A program made the position numbers and the translations under genes. From positions 1 through 49,879 of the forward strand of contig JANOQI010000012.1 of NCBI GenBank assembly GCA_031414775.1: a DNA stretch of 49,879 nt, in the 5' to 3' direction. The stretch comes from Synechococcales cyanobacterium VAR_4_metabat_354 (GTDB taxonomy: Bacteria > Cyanobacteriota > Cyanobacteriia > Cyanobacteriales > Chamaesiphonaceae). The notes under the pieces are model-generated. The model was given only the letters and a program-made list of their open reading frames with translations. It was not told the origin of the DNA and did not search any database. Below are positions 11,706 to 25,343 of the stretch, piece by piece. Every line of letters starts with the position of its first letter. The stretch's first letter is position 1.

Positions 11706-12278
11706 ATGCAGGGATCAATTTCTGAGCTGATCATCACCGCCAATGCTGGTGGGGTAATTAGTTTTCCGACTGATACTGTGCCAGCTTTAGCGACTCAACC
11801 AGAGCAGGCTGGCCTAATCTATCAATTGAAGCAGCGCAGCTCGGCTAAACCATTGATTCTGATGGCTGCTCAGAGTAGCGATATTTGGGATTTTGTGCAG
11901 GGCAGTAGTCAGGAAATGACGACCTGGAAACAATTAGTCGGTAAATATTGGCCAGGTGCCCTCACCTTGGTATTGCCAGCTAGCGATCTGCTCCCAATCG
12001 CCATGAATCCCACTGGCGAAAAAACAATTGGAGTGCGAGTACCCAATTGTGACATTGCTCAGTTTATCTTGCGACAAACGGCACCTTTGGCCACTACCAG
12101 CGCTAATTTGACGAGTCAACCAGCTTTACTAACTATGATGGAGATCGATCGACAGTTCCCCACAGTTCAGACCCTCGCGATGGATTCCGAATTACCGTTG
12201 GCTGGTATTCCTTCCACTGTGATTAAGTGGACGAAGATGGGCTGGCAAGTGCTACGGCCAGGCAGTATTAGTCTCTAG
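11706..12278 (+). CDS. tsaC: L-threonylcarbamoyladenylate synthase (Sua5/YrdC/TsaC)
   Basis: FPTDTV, IYQLKQR, KPLIL, WPGALTLVL, IGVRVP, TTSAN. Confidence 0.9.
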   Translation: MQGSISELIITANAGGVISFPTDTVPALATQPEQAGLIYQLKQRSSAKPLILMAAQSSDIWDFVQGSSQEMTTWKQLVGKYWPGALTLVLPASDLLPIAMNPTGEKTIGVRVPNCDIAQFILRQTAPLATTSANLTSQPALLTMMEIDRQFPTVQTLAMDSELPLAGIPSTVIKWTKMGWQVLRPGSISL

Positions 12279-12388
12279 GCAGAAATTAATGTTAGGTGAG
12301 GAATTCCGCAGATATTTTTTTAGCAATCTAGATGTTTGCGTTATTGAAGCAGTTCATCTATCTTGGAGTTGGCATTCTTCTTTGGCAC

Positions 12389-13084
12389 ATGCATAAATCT
12401 GGCTTTACTCTGTTGGAATTGACCATTGCTCTATCCCTAACGGCGGTGGTTGTGACTCTGATTAGTGGTGGGTTAGTAACAGTGTTGCAATTCGACCAGC
12501 GATTCATGGCCATCCAGAAAAATCGCCGCGAGTTGCAACGAACTATGGATTTTATTGCGACCGAAATGCAGATGTCCGATCGATTAGAACCTTGCCCGGA
12601 AATTCACCCCCCGGTCTATGCTCCGGCGAGTGGTAGCCAACAACCACAACCGATTATGGTGTTGACGATGCCAGCTAGTAGCAATCTGACGCAGCCGATC
12701 GTCTATTATTTGGCCACTCCGCCAGCCCGCAGTGTGTGGGCTGGCCCACTGGCTCTCTATCGTTGGGGACCAACGCTCCAATTGAATGGTAACTATAGTG
12801 CTAAGGCGGGCGGCTCTGGCTACAGTTATTACAATGAAGTTGTTGTCGATCGAATCGTCTCGACCAGCAGTGTGGAGCCTTGTGGCGGTCTGTATTCTCA
12901 AGCTATTCCGCTCCGGTCGGCTCGCCGGGGCTTTACCATCTGTAGTGATCCTAGTGGTGGGGTGGCGAGGATATCACTCCAACGGCAAACTGAACAATCT
13001 CAGCAAACAATGGCTTTACAGACTGTAATTAGTAGTCGATCACAGTCCGTCACTGCCGCTGCTCTAAATTGTCCAGCCCGCTAA
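12389..13084 (+). CDS. Prepilin-type N-terminal cleavage/methylation domain protein (minor pilin, PilW/PulJ-like)
   Basis: MHKSG|FTLLEL class III signal followed by a hydrophobic helix; several Cys in the globular part. Confidence 0.8.
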   Translation: MHKSGFTLLELTIALSLTAVVVTLISGGLVTVLQFDQRFMAIQKNRRELQRTMDFIATEMQMSDRLEPCPEIHPPVYAPASGSQQPQPIMVLTMPASSNLTQPIVYYLATPPARSVWAGPLALYRWGPTLQLNGNYSAKAGGSGYSYYNEVVVDRIVSTSSVEPCGGLYSQAIPLRSARRGFTICSDPSGGVARISLQRQTEQSQQTMALQTVISSRSQSVTAAALNCPAR

Positions 13085-13117
13085 AATCCCTCTAGCATCA
13101 TTTTGCTAGAGGGATTT
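13084..13117. terminator. Bidirectional intrinsic terminator
   Basis: AAATCCCTCTAGCA-N6-TGCTAGAGGGATTT perfect 14-bp stem between the pilin gene and thiC. Confidence 0.8.
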
Positions 13118-13134
13118 ATTGTACAGGCCAGACC

Positions 13135-14517
<1,383 letters not shown>

Positions 14518-14535
14518 TCATTTTCCTTTATATAA

Positions 14536-14618
14536 ACAGCTTCCCTCCGCTGGCATTACCCAGTCTCAGGTGCAAGGGTATTTTCTCAGCCTAATTAAAA
14601 CGAGGCACCCCTAGCCAT
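14536..14618 (-). promoter_or_regulatory. TPP riboswitch
   Basis: Minus strand reads GCTAGGGGTGCC...GGCTGAGAAAATACCCTTGCACCTGAGACTGGGTAATGCCAGCGGAGGGAAGC, the canonical THI-box, immediately upstream of thiC. Confidence 0.95.
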
Positions 14619-14680
14619 GGGGTCAATTGTAACACTGACAGCTGATGGCGAGGGGCGCACCGGATGGAGTTGATAATTGT

Positions 14681-15358
14681 TTACTTTTGATAAGCGGGCT
14701 GCGGTTCAATCAAACCAGTTCTGTTGACGGGCCAGAACTTAAAAATGGCTTTGCCTACAATTTTATCCTTGGGGACAAATCCCCAAGCACGACCATCTAA
14801 GCTGTTGCTGCGATGGTCACCTAGCACCAAATATTCACCAGCTGGGACTTTTCCTTTCCAGTCCGGGCCTTTGGCATCCGGACTCCATCCTCCGGCATTG
14901 GGGTTTTTCTGTTGCAGCTTGGCATATATTTCAGTCATCTGGTCAGGATGGACTGCACTGGGATAATTCTCTTTTAAGGACTTGCCATTGATTGTCACTT
15001 GGTCATTGCGCACCTCTACTACATCCCCGGGTAAACCAATCACCCGTTTAATGAAGGCATCTTTGGCATTATATTTTTTCTTGAGAGTTTCGGTGGGGTC
15101 AAACACTACGATATCACCACGTTGCGGGTTAGAAACTCGGTAGCTGACCTTATCGACAATCAGTCGATCGTCTATTTGGAGAGTAGGCTCCATCGAACCA
15201 GATGGAATGTAGCGGGCTTCGGCCACAAAAGTACGCATTCCCAACGCTAGTAGCACGCTCAACCCAACGGTTTTTAGGGTTTCTACCACAAAGTTTTCAG
15301 CGGGAGGGGTTTTTGCTGACTTATGTTTGGGAGTAATTGGTCGTTGCTCTGTGGCCAT
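14681..15358 (-). CDS. lepB: Signal peptidase I
   Basis: IPSGSMEPTL (Ser), RGDIVVF, FIKRVIGLPGD (Lys), GDHRSNSLDGR; likely start MATEQ at 15358. Confidence 0.95.
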   Translation of the reverse strand: MATEQRPITPKHKSAKTPPAENFVVETLKTVGLSVLLALGMRTFVAEARYIPSGSMEPTLQIDDRLIVDKVSYRVSNPQRGDIVVFDPTETLKKKYNAKDAFIKRVIGLPGDVVEVRNDQVTINGKSLKENYPSAVHPDQMTEIYAKLQQKNPNAGGWSPDAKGPDWKGKVPAGEYLVLGDHRSNSLDGRAWGFVPKDKIVGKAIFKFWPVNRTGLIEPQPAYQK

Positions 15359-15480
15359 AGGTGATGTTTTAGATAATTGCGGTGGTAAATTAAAATTCGA
15401 GGCAATGCCTTCCAATTATAATCACTGGAGTTGCCCTAGAAATCGGATAATAGGCGGTATATCTCTACAATTTGAGCATT

Positions 15481-16794
15481 ATGACTAGCTCCTTGCTGAT
15501 TCGCCAGTCCCAAATCTTAATGCCTGATGGCAGTTTGATGGTGGGAGATGTTTTAGTTCAAGACCGGACAATTATGTTGGTTGATGAACATCTACAGTTT
15601 AGTGCTGACCAAGAGATAGACGGGCGAGGGTTGACTTTGTTGCCCGGTGTAATTGACCCTCAGGTACATTTTCGGGAACCAGGCTTAGAACATAAAGAAG
15701 ATTTATTTACAGCTAGTTGTGCCTGTGCCAAGGGCGGCGTTACTTCTTTTTTGGAAATGCCTAATACCAAACCGCTCACTATTAATCAAGCGGCCTTGGA
15801 TGATAAATTGCACCGGGCGGCCAGTAAGTGTTTAGTAAATTATGGCTTTTTTATCGGAGCCACCGCCCAGAATTCACCAGACTTAAACACCGCCCAGCCA
15901 GTTTGTGGCATCAAAATTTTCATGGGTTCACAACATGGTGATTTATTGATAGAAAGTCAAGAATATTTAGAGCCAATTTTTGCTAGTGGCGATCGACTGA
16001 TTGCGGTTCATGCTGAAGATCAGGCTCGGATTAATCAGCGTAAACAAGAATTTGCTGGCAGTACGAACCCGGCGATTCATTCGGTGATTCAGGATGATAT
16101 TGCGGCTTTGAACGCCACTAAATTGGCGGTGTCTCTATCAGAAAAATATCAAAGACGACTGCACATTTTGCATTTATCTACGGCAATCGAAGCAGAGTTT
16201 TTGCGCGAGCATAAGCCCACATGGGTGACAGCGGAGGTCACACCTCAGCATTTGCTCTTAAACACGGCGGACTACGATCGAATCGGTACTTTGGCGCAGA
16301 TGAACCCACCGTTACGCAGTGCTCATGACAATGAGGTGTTGTGGCAAGCTTTACTGGATGGCGTAATCGATTTCATTGCTACTGACCATGCCCCGCACAC
16401 TTTAGCCGAAAAAGCTAAAGGCTATCCGGCTGCGCCATCAGGGATGCCGGGGGTGGAAACTTCTTTGCCTCTGATGTTGACTCAGGCGATCTCTGGTAAA
16501 TGTACGGTGGCGCAGGTGGCTAATTGGATGTCTACGGCGGTGGCTAAGGCTTACGGCATTCCCAATAAAGGAGTAATTGCACCGGGCTATGATGCCGATT
16601 TGGTGTTGGTGGATCTAAACAATTATCGGCCAGTATTGCGATCGGAGTTGCAGACTAAGTGTGGCTGGAGTCCGTTTGAGGGCTGGGAACTTACTGGTCA
16701 TCCAGTGGTAACGATTGTCTTGGGGCAGGTGGTTTATGACCATGGTCAGTTAAATACAGCAGTGCGGGGCGAGGCTTTACGGTTCACTGCTTGA
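15481..16794 (+). CDS. pyrC: Dihydroorotase
   Basis: PGVIDPQVHFREPG, EMPNTKP, VHAED, EVTPQHL, MNPPLR, ATDHAPH. Confidence 0.93.
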   Translation: MTSSLLIRQSQILMPDGSLMVGDVLVQDRTIMLVDEHLQFSADQEIDGRGLTLLPGVIDPQVHFREPGLEHKEDLFTASCACAKGGVTSFLEMPNTKPLTINQAALDDKLHRAASKCLVNYGFFIGATAQNSPDLNTAQPVCGIKIFMGSQHGDLLIESQEYLEPIFASGDRLIAVHAEDQARINQRKQEFAGSTNPAIHSVIQDDIAALNATKLAVSLSEKYQRRLHILHLSTAIEAEFLREHKPTWVTAEVTPQHLLLNTADYDRIGTLAQMNPPLRSAHDNEVLWQALLDGVIDFIATDHAPHTLAEKAKGYPAAPSGMPGVETSLPLMLTQAISGKCTVAQVANWMSTAVAKAYGIPNKGVIAPGYDADLVLVDLNNYRPVLRSELQTKCGWSPFEGWELTGHPVVTIVLGQVVYDHGQLNTAVRGEALRFTA

Positions 16795-16816
16795 TCTGGC
16801 CTAATTTGTACATCGG

Positions 16817-17560
16817 TCAGCAAAAGATATTCTCAGCCTGATCAGAGTGACTAAGATGCCGGTTTACTCCGTAGGCGCGGTGTAGGTTTTCCGGAGTCAT
16901 GACATCTTGGGGCGTACCATCGGCGATCAATCTCTGATTCAGGAGCAGCATCCGATCGATCTGACTCACCGATTGACCCCAGTCATGACTACTCACCAGC
17001 AATATTTTACCGAGGGCTTTGAGTTCGGCGAAGATATCAAAAATGATGGTCTCGGTTTGGCTATCTACACCCGTAAATGGTTCATCGAGCAAAAATACAT
17101 CGGCTTGTTGAGCCAAAGAACGGGCTAAAAATACCCGCTGCTGTTGACCGCCGGATAATTCGCCAATTCGTCGATCGCGCAGATCCCACATTTCCACTCT
17201 TTCGAGAGCGGCTTGCACCAAAATTCGATCTTTTTTGGCAGGGCGACGTAGCCAGCCAATTTGGCGAGTACGAGCCATCATCACCACGCTTTGAACAGTA
17301 ATGGGAAAGTCCCAATCTACTTGGGATCGCTGCGGCAAGTAAGCAACTCGATCGAGTTGCCGACAGAGGGGACAGGTGCAATAGCTAACTAGCCCACTAG
17401 TGCTGGGGGTTAATCCCATCATTGCTTTTAGCATCGTGCTTTTGCCCGCGCCATTGGGTCCCATCACACCGACCAGTTCTCCGGGTTGCACTCGGAAGCT
17501 TACCTCATCGAGACCAGTGAACCCTGGGTAATTGACGGCTAATCGCTGGACTTCTAGCAT
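16817..17560 (-). CDS. Metal (Zn/Mn) ABC transporter ATP-binding subunit, ZnuC/MntA family
   Basis: GPNGAGKST, YLPQRSQVDWDFPITV, LSGGQQQRVFLAR, LLDEPF, SHD. Confidence 0.92.
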   Translation of the reverse strand: MLEVQRLAVNYPGFTGLDEVSFRVQPGELVGVMGPNGAGKSTMLKAMMGLTPSTSGLVSYCTCPLCRQLDRVAYLPQRSQVDWDFPITVQSVVMMARTRQIGWLRRPAKKDRILVQAALERVEMWDLRDRRIGELSGGQQQRVFLARSLAQQADVFLLDEPFTGVDSQTETIIFDIFAELKALGKILLVSSHDWGQSVSQIDRMLLLNQRLIADGTPQDVMTPENLHRAYGVNRHLSHSDQAENIFC

Positions 17561-17579
17561 CAGAGCAACATTAATGTAA

Positions 17580-17594
17580 TGAGAATCATTATCT
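17580..17594. promoter_or_regulatory. Zur (Fur-family) box
   Basis: TGAGAATCATTATCT matches the cyanobacterial Zur 7-1-7 palindrome TGATAATNATTATCA at all but two positions, 20 nt upstream of the metal ABC ATPase start. Confidence 0.7.
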
Positions 17595-17783
17595 CCTAAT
17601 ACATCAGAGAATTGACCAAATTATTTTTTTATTATTTACTAACCCACATCTTTCATTATATTACACTAGAGAACTACTTACTTTGGCTCTTGATTGTACA
17701 TGAATGCGCCTTCATGTTGTAGCAACCATTGTTTGCGTTCTAGCCCCCCAGTAAGTTGGGAGAAATTTGGGGATGACTCAAGC

Positions 17784-20700
17784 TCAAGATAAATAATCTT
17801 GTAATGCCTTCACCTCTAGAGGCTGTGATTGCAGCGATCTAATCGCTGCGGCTGTGGCCTTGGCTCCAGCCAAAGTAGTGACCATCGGCACCTTGTAAGT
17901 CAAAGCCGTGCGTCGAATCAACCGTCCATCTGCTTGGGCTTCCTCGCCGGAGGGTGTATTCACAATCAGCTGAATTTGCTTATTTTTGATCACGTCCGCC
18001 ACATTGGGTCTACCTTCATGCAGTTTTAAGACTAGCTCCACTTCTAAGCCATGAGCTTGCAGTACCTGGCGGGTGCCAGCTGTCGCAATAATCTTAAAAC
18101 CCAGATCGATCAGGTCTTTAGCGATCGACACCACATTCTCTTTATCTCGATCATTGGTAGAAATAAATACTTTGCCAGCGAGGGGTAAATGCTGACTGGC
18201 CGCTAATTCAGCCTTGGCATAGGCGCGACCAAAGTCCACATCAATGCCCATCACCTCACCAGTTGATCGCATCTCCGGTCCTAAGATGGTGTCGGTACCA
18301 GGGAATTTTTCAAAGGGCAGCACAGCTTCTTTGACGGCAATATGTTTGGGAATTACTTCGGCGGTGTAGTTCAAGTCTTGCAAGGTTTCGCCAGACATCA
18401 ACCGAGCGGCATAACCGGCTAGTGGTACTCCGGTGGCTTTGGCGACAAAGGGCACCGTCCGCGAGGCACGGGGATTAGCTTCCAATATGTAAACCTGATC
18501 GCCCTGAACGGCGAACTGAATATTCATTAGACCAATTACTTTCAAAGCCTTGGCTAACTGCACTGTCCAATCCCGAATGGTGGCCACGACTGGATCGGTC
18601 AGGGACATGTAGGGCAGTGCACAGGCTGAGTCACCGGAGTGAATCCCGGCCTGTTCGATATGCTCCATGATGCCGCCGATTACTACTGCGCCAGTGGCAT
18701 CGGCGATCGCATCCACATCTACTTCGATCGCATTCTCTAAGAACTGGTCAATCAAAATGGGGTGATCGGGTTCGATCTGGACGGCGTAGGTCATGTAGCG
18801 TTCTAACTCAGCATCGGAATAGACAATTTCCATTGCCCGACCGCCCAATACATAAGAAGGCCGCACCACCACTGGGTAGCCGATTCGATTCGCTACCACG
18901 AGGGCATCTTCAAAGCTTCTAGCCATGCCATTTTCTGGCTGTCTAATATTTAATTGTCGCAATACTTTGTCAAACTTTTCCCGATCTTCGGCCATATCGA
19001 TCGAGGCGGGTGAAGTCCCCCAGATCTTCGTGACTACTTCAGAGTGTTGCGTCAAATAATTCTGTAGTGGCACTGATAGCTTCAGCGGCGTTTGACCACC
19101 AAACTGCACGATAATTCCCTCTGGTTGTTCGGCCTCAATAATGTTCAGCACGTCCTCGCGGGTGAGCGGCTCAAAATACAATCTGTCGCTAGTATCGTAG
19201 TCAGTGGAAACTGTTTCCGGGTTGGAATTGACCATAATTGTTTCAAAGCCCTGGGCGCTGAGGGCATAGGAGGCATGACAACAGCAATAGTCAAACTCAA
19301 TCCCTTGACCAATGCGGTTGGGGCCACCCCCTAAGATCATTACCTTGCGGCGGCTGGAGGGGAAAATTTCGGTTTCCTCTTCGTAGGTCGAGTAGTAGTA
19401 GGGCGTGGTCGCCGCAAACTCGGCAGCGCAGGTATCTACTAATTTGTAAGCCGGTACCACATTTAATGACTTGCGATAGCTGCGCACTGTATCTTCGTCA
19501 GTGTGGGTGGCATAGGCAATCTGTCGATCGCTAAAACCCTGGCGTTTAACTTGCCACATTTGCTCGCGACTCAGCGTGTCACAACCTTGTGCCATTAGGA
19601 ATTTTTCGGTGGCGAGCAAATCTGCTAGTTTGTCTAAAAACCAGGGATCGATCGATGTTAATTCGTGGATTTCTTCGACAGTCAAACCCAGTAGCATGGC
19701 ATGGCGCAGGGTAAAAACTTGCTCCGGATTGGGAGTACGCAGTTGGGCTTTAACTTGTTCGACGGTGGGCAGTATTTCATCGCGATCGCAGCCCCAGCCA
19801 AAGTGACCGGTTTCCAGTGATCGCAAAGCTTTCTGGAAAGATTCTTGGAAGGTTCGGCCAATAGCCATTGCTTCACCCACCGACTTCATTTGGGTGGTGA
19901 GATTGGATTGGGAGCCAGGGAATTTTTCAAAGGCAAAGCGGGGAATCTTGGTAACAACGTAATCGATCGTTGGTTCAAAGGAAGCCGGTGTTTGCCGAGT
20001 AATGTCGTTGGGAATTTCATCCAGGGTGTAGCCTACGGCTAACTTAGCTGCTAATTTAGCGATCGGAAAGCCGGTGGCTTTAGAAGCCAAAGCCGAACTA
20101 CGGCTCACCCGGGGATTCATCTCAATCACGATGAAATCGCCATTGACGGGGTTCACGGCAAACTGAATATTGGAACCGCCGGTTTCCACCCCAATTTCCC
20201 GGATGATTTTAATGGAAGCATCGCGGAGTCTTTGATATTCTTTATCGGTTAGGGTTTGGGCGGGGGCGACGGTAATGGAGTCACCGGTATGTACGCCCAT
20301 CGGGTCAAAGTTCTCGATCGAACAAATAATTACCACGTTGTCGGCTAGATCGCGCATCACTTCTAGCTCGTACTCTTTCCAGCCCAGCAAAGACTTTTCA
20401 ATTAGGATCTGATCCATCGGGGAAGCATCGATCCCGGTTTGCGCCAGCACTTCAAATTCTTCTTGGTTGTAAGCAATCCCGCCCCCGGTGCCACCCATCG
20501 TAAAGGCTGGCCGGGTAATTAAAGGATAGCTACCGATCTGTAACGCTACTGCCTGAGCTTCTGCTAAGGTGCTGGCAATACCGGAAGGACAAACGGGTAC
20601 CCCAATTCTGGCCATGGCTTCCTTAAACAACAGCCGATCCTCGGCCATCTCGATCGCTGGTAGTTTCGCGCCAATCAATTCCACATTGTATTTTTCCAGC

Positions 20701-21020
20701 ACACCGCTTTTAGCCAGACTGACGGCTAGGTTCAGCGCTGTTTGACCGCCCATCGTTGGCAAAATGGCATCAGGGCGTTCCTGAGCGATCACCTTTTCCA
20801 CTAATTCGGGGGTGAGGGGTTCAATATAAGTCCGATCGGCTGTTTCTGGGTCAGTCATGATCGTGGCTGGATTGGAATTGACCAGAATCACCTGATAGCC
20901 TTCTTCGCGTAGGGCTTTACAGGCTTGGGTCCCAGAGTAATCAAACTCACATCCTTGACCAATTACGATCGGTCCAGAACCGAGAATCAAGATTTTTTGT
21001 AAGTCGGTGCGGCGGGGCAT
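17784..21020 (-). CDS. carB: Carbamoyl-phosphate synthase large subunit
   Basis: [20 protein letters not shown], duplicated ATP-grasp domains ([19 protein letters not shown]) and MGS-like C-terminus. Confidence 0.99.
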   Translation of the reverse strand: MPRRTDLQKILILGSGPIVIGQGCEFDYSGTQACKALREEGYQVILVNSNPATIMTDPETADRTYIEPLTPELVEKVIAQERPDAILPTMGGQTALNLAVSLAKSGVLEKYNVELIGAKLPAIEMAEDRLLFKEAMARIGVPVCPSGIASTLAEAQAVALQIGSYPLITRPAFTMGGTGGGIAYNQEEFEVLAQTGIDASPMDQILIEKSLLGWKEYELEVMRDLADNVVIICSIENFDPMGVHTGDSITVAPAQTLTDKEYQRLRDASIKIIREIGVETGGSNIQFAVNPVNGDFIVIEMNPRVSRSSALASKATGFPIAKLAAKLAVGYTLDEIPNDITRQTPASFEPTIDYVVTKIPRFAFEKFPGSQSNLTTQMKSVGEAMAIGRTFQESFQKALRSLETGHFGWGCDRDEILPTVEQVKAQLRTPNPEQVFTLRHAMLLGLTVEEIHELTSIDPWFLDKLADLLATEKFLMAQGCDTLSREQMWQVKRQGFSDRQIAYATHTDEDTVRSYRKSLNVVPAYKLVDTCAAEFAATTPYYYSTYEEETEIFPSSRRKVMILGGGPNRIGQGIEFDYCCCHASYALSAQGFETIMVNSNPETVSTDYDTSDRLYFEPLTREDVLNIIEAEQPEGIIVQFGGQTPLKLSVPLQNYLTQHSEVVTKIWGTSPASIDMAEDREKFDKVLRQLNIRQPENGMARSFEDALVVANRIGYPVVVRPSYVLGGRAMEIVYSDAELERYMTYAVQIEPDHPILIDQFLENAIEVDVDAIADATGAVVIGGIMEHIEQAGIHSGDSACALPYMSLTDPVVATIRDWTVQLAKALKVIGLMNIQFAVQGDQVYILEANPRASRTVPFVAKATGVPLAGYAARLMSGETLQDLNYTAEVIPKHIAVKEAVLPFEKFPGTDTILGPEMRSTGEVMGIDVDFGRAYAKAELAASQHLPLAGKVFISTNDRDKENVVSIAKDLIDLGFKIIATAGTRQVLQAHGLEVELVLKLHEGRPNVADVIKNKQIQLIVNTPSGEEAQADGRLIRRTALTYKVPMVTTLAGAKATAAAIRSLQSQPLEVKALQDYLS

Positions 21021-21148
21021 GGCTGGTTTCTACTGTGCTGAAATCCGCTTTATTCTAATTGCTTTTGGTTACATCAGTTGATTTTTAATCAAGTGGTATT
21101 TGCTGTCTAATTAATTGGATTGTATGAAAATGTTTAATCTTTCGACCT

Positions 21149-23211
<2,063 letters not shown>

Positions 23212-23365
23212 TAAAGATTCTCCGCTGGCCAGTCCAAATGAGTTCAGCTTAAACCAAACTGGTATTGAATGCTATTTGCCAGCACACTTTACCAAATCAT
23301 CTATAAAAATAGCCCGAGCAGTGGGCTGACGGGCGGGGCTAAAAATTCACGAAATTGTTAATGAA

Positions 23366-24073
23366 CTAATCTTGATTCTGATACCACCACCAAGTGGCCA
23401 TCGGGATGACAGTAGCTGCAATCAATAACACCACCACAATCAGCGTGAAACTACCCCGATTGGCCTCCGTCTCCTCCGCCGTCAGGTAAGTGCTTCCCAC
23501 CACTTCGGCTTCTTTAATTACTGGTGGACCAGGATCGGGTTCTCCCGATAAAACCGCCGATAGCCGATCGATCGCATCGCCAAACGACTGATTATACTTG
23601 TTGCCATTCCGTAGGGGCACTAGCATAGTTTCACTGGCAATACTGGTGGCAACCTCATCAGACAACACCTCTTTAAAAGCAGCGCCAGTTCTAATGCCGG
23701 TGGTGTTAGTGAGGTCATCTAAGAGCACTAATGCTTGATTAGCCTGTTGTTCAGGGGTGGGAAACCACTTTTTGAAAATTTTATCGGTGAAAGTTTGAGC
23801 ATTATCACCATAGTCAAAACGATGAATAGTAATAAAGCGCACTTCTTTTCCAGTAGATTTGGCCAGTTTTTCTAGGGAGCCACTGACTTTGGCTTTAGTT
23901 GCCACGCTTAAAACGCCAGCTTTATCAATCAACCAGGTCGGCACCCCAGGAGAAATAGTCGGAATTTCGTAGAGCGCGGTCGCCGCTGCTGGCAGCAACC
24001 ACAGTTGCCAAGTGGCCAAGATGACAGCGCAGGCTAGACCCAACTGGCGACAAATGGTAGAGAGTTGTTTCAT
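23366..24073 (-). CDS. psb32: Photosystem II repair protein Psb32 (TPM domain)
   Basis: Signal peptide, TPM domain (VRFITIHRFDYG, KKWFPTPE), GEPDPGPP and C-terminal TM ATVIPMATWWWY. Confidence 0.88.
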   Translation of the reverse strand: MKQLSTICRQLGLACAVILATWQLWLLPAAATALYEIPTISPGVPTWLIDKAGVLSVATKAKVSGSLEKLAKSTGKEVRFITIHRFDYGDNAQTFTDKIFKKWFPTPEQQANQALVLLDDLTNTTGIRTGAAFKEVLSDEVATSIASETMLVPLRNGNKYNQSFGDAIDRLSAVLSGEPDPGPPVIKEAEVVGSTYLTAEETEANRGSFTLIVVVLLIAATVIPMATWWWYQNQD

Positions 24074-24294
24074 AAAATATATTGGTCAGATTATAATAGA
24101 TTGATTAATATCTTTCATTAAAATACAACAGATCGATCGAGATGGCAGTTGTCATTTATTTTTACTGTATCAGCGGATAGCTCACTCGAAGAGAGTAATT
24201 CACCGTAAACGCCATCCTCCCAATAGACTTACGGCTCAGCAGAATGCTTTAATAAAGTCTGAAAATAAACTTTTAAACTTTAGGAGAAACTTTT

Positions 24295-24387
24295 ATGGGC
24301 GCAATTATATATGTTGTCTACTTAGGCGCAATGGTCGGCATTGCTTTGGCACTATTTCTTGGCCTCCGGGCTGCCAAAGTTATTTAA
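24295..24387 (+). CDS. petL: Cytochrome b6f complex subunit VI (PetL)
   Basis: Not in the ORF track. 30-aa MGAIIYVVYLGAMVGIALALFLGLRAAKVI with AGGAG RBS; single TM ending in the PetL signature LFLGLRAxKxI. Confidence 0.9.
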   Translation: MGAIIYVVYLGAMVGIALALFLGLRAAKVI

Positions 24388-24450
24388 GCTAAAACCACTT
24401 AAAACTAGCTTTGTGAAACGCTTTATCCACCTCTCTTGCTCGCACCCTTA

Positions 24451-25263
24451 ATGAAATCTTATCTTGCTGCCGCCGTTCAAATGACCAGCTCTCCCCATTT
24501 AGAGCAAAATCTCGCTCAGGCTGAAGAGCTGATTGATTTGGCAGTGCGGCAGGGGGCGGAGCTGGTTTCGTTGCCCGAAAATTTTGCCTTTCTTGGTCCC
24601 GAAGAAACCAAGATTGCCCAAGCTAATCAAATTGCCACTGCTACTGAAAAGTTTTTAAAGAGCACGGCCCAAAAATTTCAAATTACGCTGTTGGGTGGGG
24701 GATTCCCTGTCCCGATCGGCGATAGTAAGGTCTACAATACCGCTTTGCTAGTTGCCCCCGATGGCTCGGAACTATACCGCTACCAAAAAGTGCATTTATT
24801 TGACGTGAATGTGCCGGATGGTAATACCTATCAAGAATCACGCACAGTCATGGCTGGTGATAAGTTACCAGATGTATACAAGTCAGCAGATTTGGGGGGA
24901 CTGGGGATTTCGGTTTGTTATGATGTCCGGTTTCCCGAGCTATACCGCCATCTTTCACAACAGGGAGCTGAGGTGCTGTTTGTCCCCGCTGCTTTTACCG
25001 CCTACACCGGCAAAGACCACTGGCAAGTACTACTGCAAGCCCGCGCGATCGAGAACACTTGCTATATGATTGCCCCGGCGCAAACTGGTAATCATTATGG
25101 GCTGCGCTATACCCACGGCCATGCCATGATCATCGATCCGTGGGGGGTAGTGCTGGCCGATGCTGGCGAAGCGCCGGGTGTGGCTATTGCTGAGATTAAC
25201 CCAGCTCGGATCAAGCAAGTCCGGCGGCAAATGCCATCATTGCAGCATCGGGTATTTGGGTAA
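24451..25263 (+). CDS. Carbon-nitrogen hydrolase, Nit1-type (deaminated glutathione amidase)
   Basis: Glu-Lys-Cys triad (LPENF, YQKVHLFDV, SVCYDVRFPE), PAAFT..TGKDHW..LLQARAIEN. Confidence 0.9.
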   Translation: MKSYLAAAVQMTSSPHLEQNLAQAEELIDLAVRQGAELVSLPENFAFLGPEETKIAQANQIATATEKFLKSTAQKFQITLLGGGFPVPIGDSKVYNTALLVAPDGSELYRYQKVHLFDVNVPDGNTYQESRTVMAGDKLPDVYKSADLGGLGISVCYDVRFPELYRHLSQQGAEVLFVPAAFTAYTGKDHWQVLLQARAIENTCYMIAPAQTGNHYGLRYTHGHAMIIDPWGVVLADAGEAPGVAIAEINPARIKQVRRQMPSLQHRVFG

Positions 25264-25343
25264 AGCAAATTTAATTGGACATAATCAGACAGAATTAGCT
25301 ACAATCGGTTCATTGTATCTAGATTGATTTGAGGTGGTCAAAA

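Noticed and set aside
24451..25263. N-carbamoylputrescine amidase as part of the polyamine cluster
   Set aside because: Motifs (HLFDV, TGKDHW..LLQARAIEN) are Nit1-type, and the gene is convergent with nspC rather than co-operonic.
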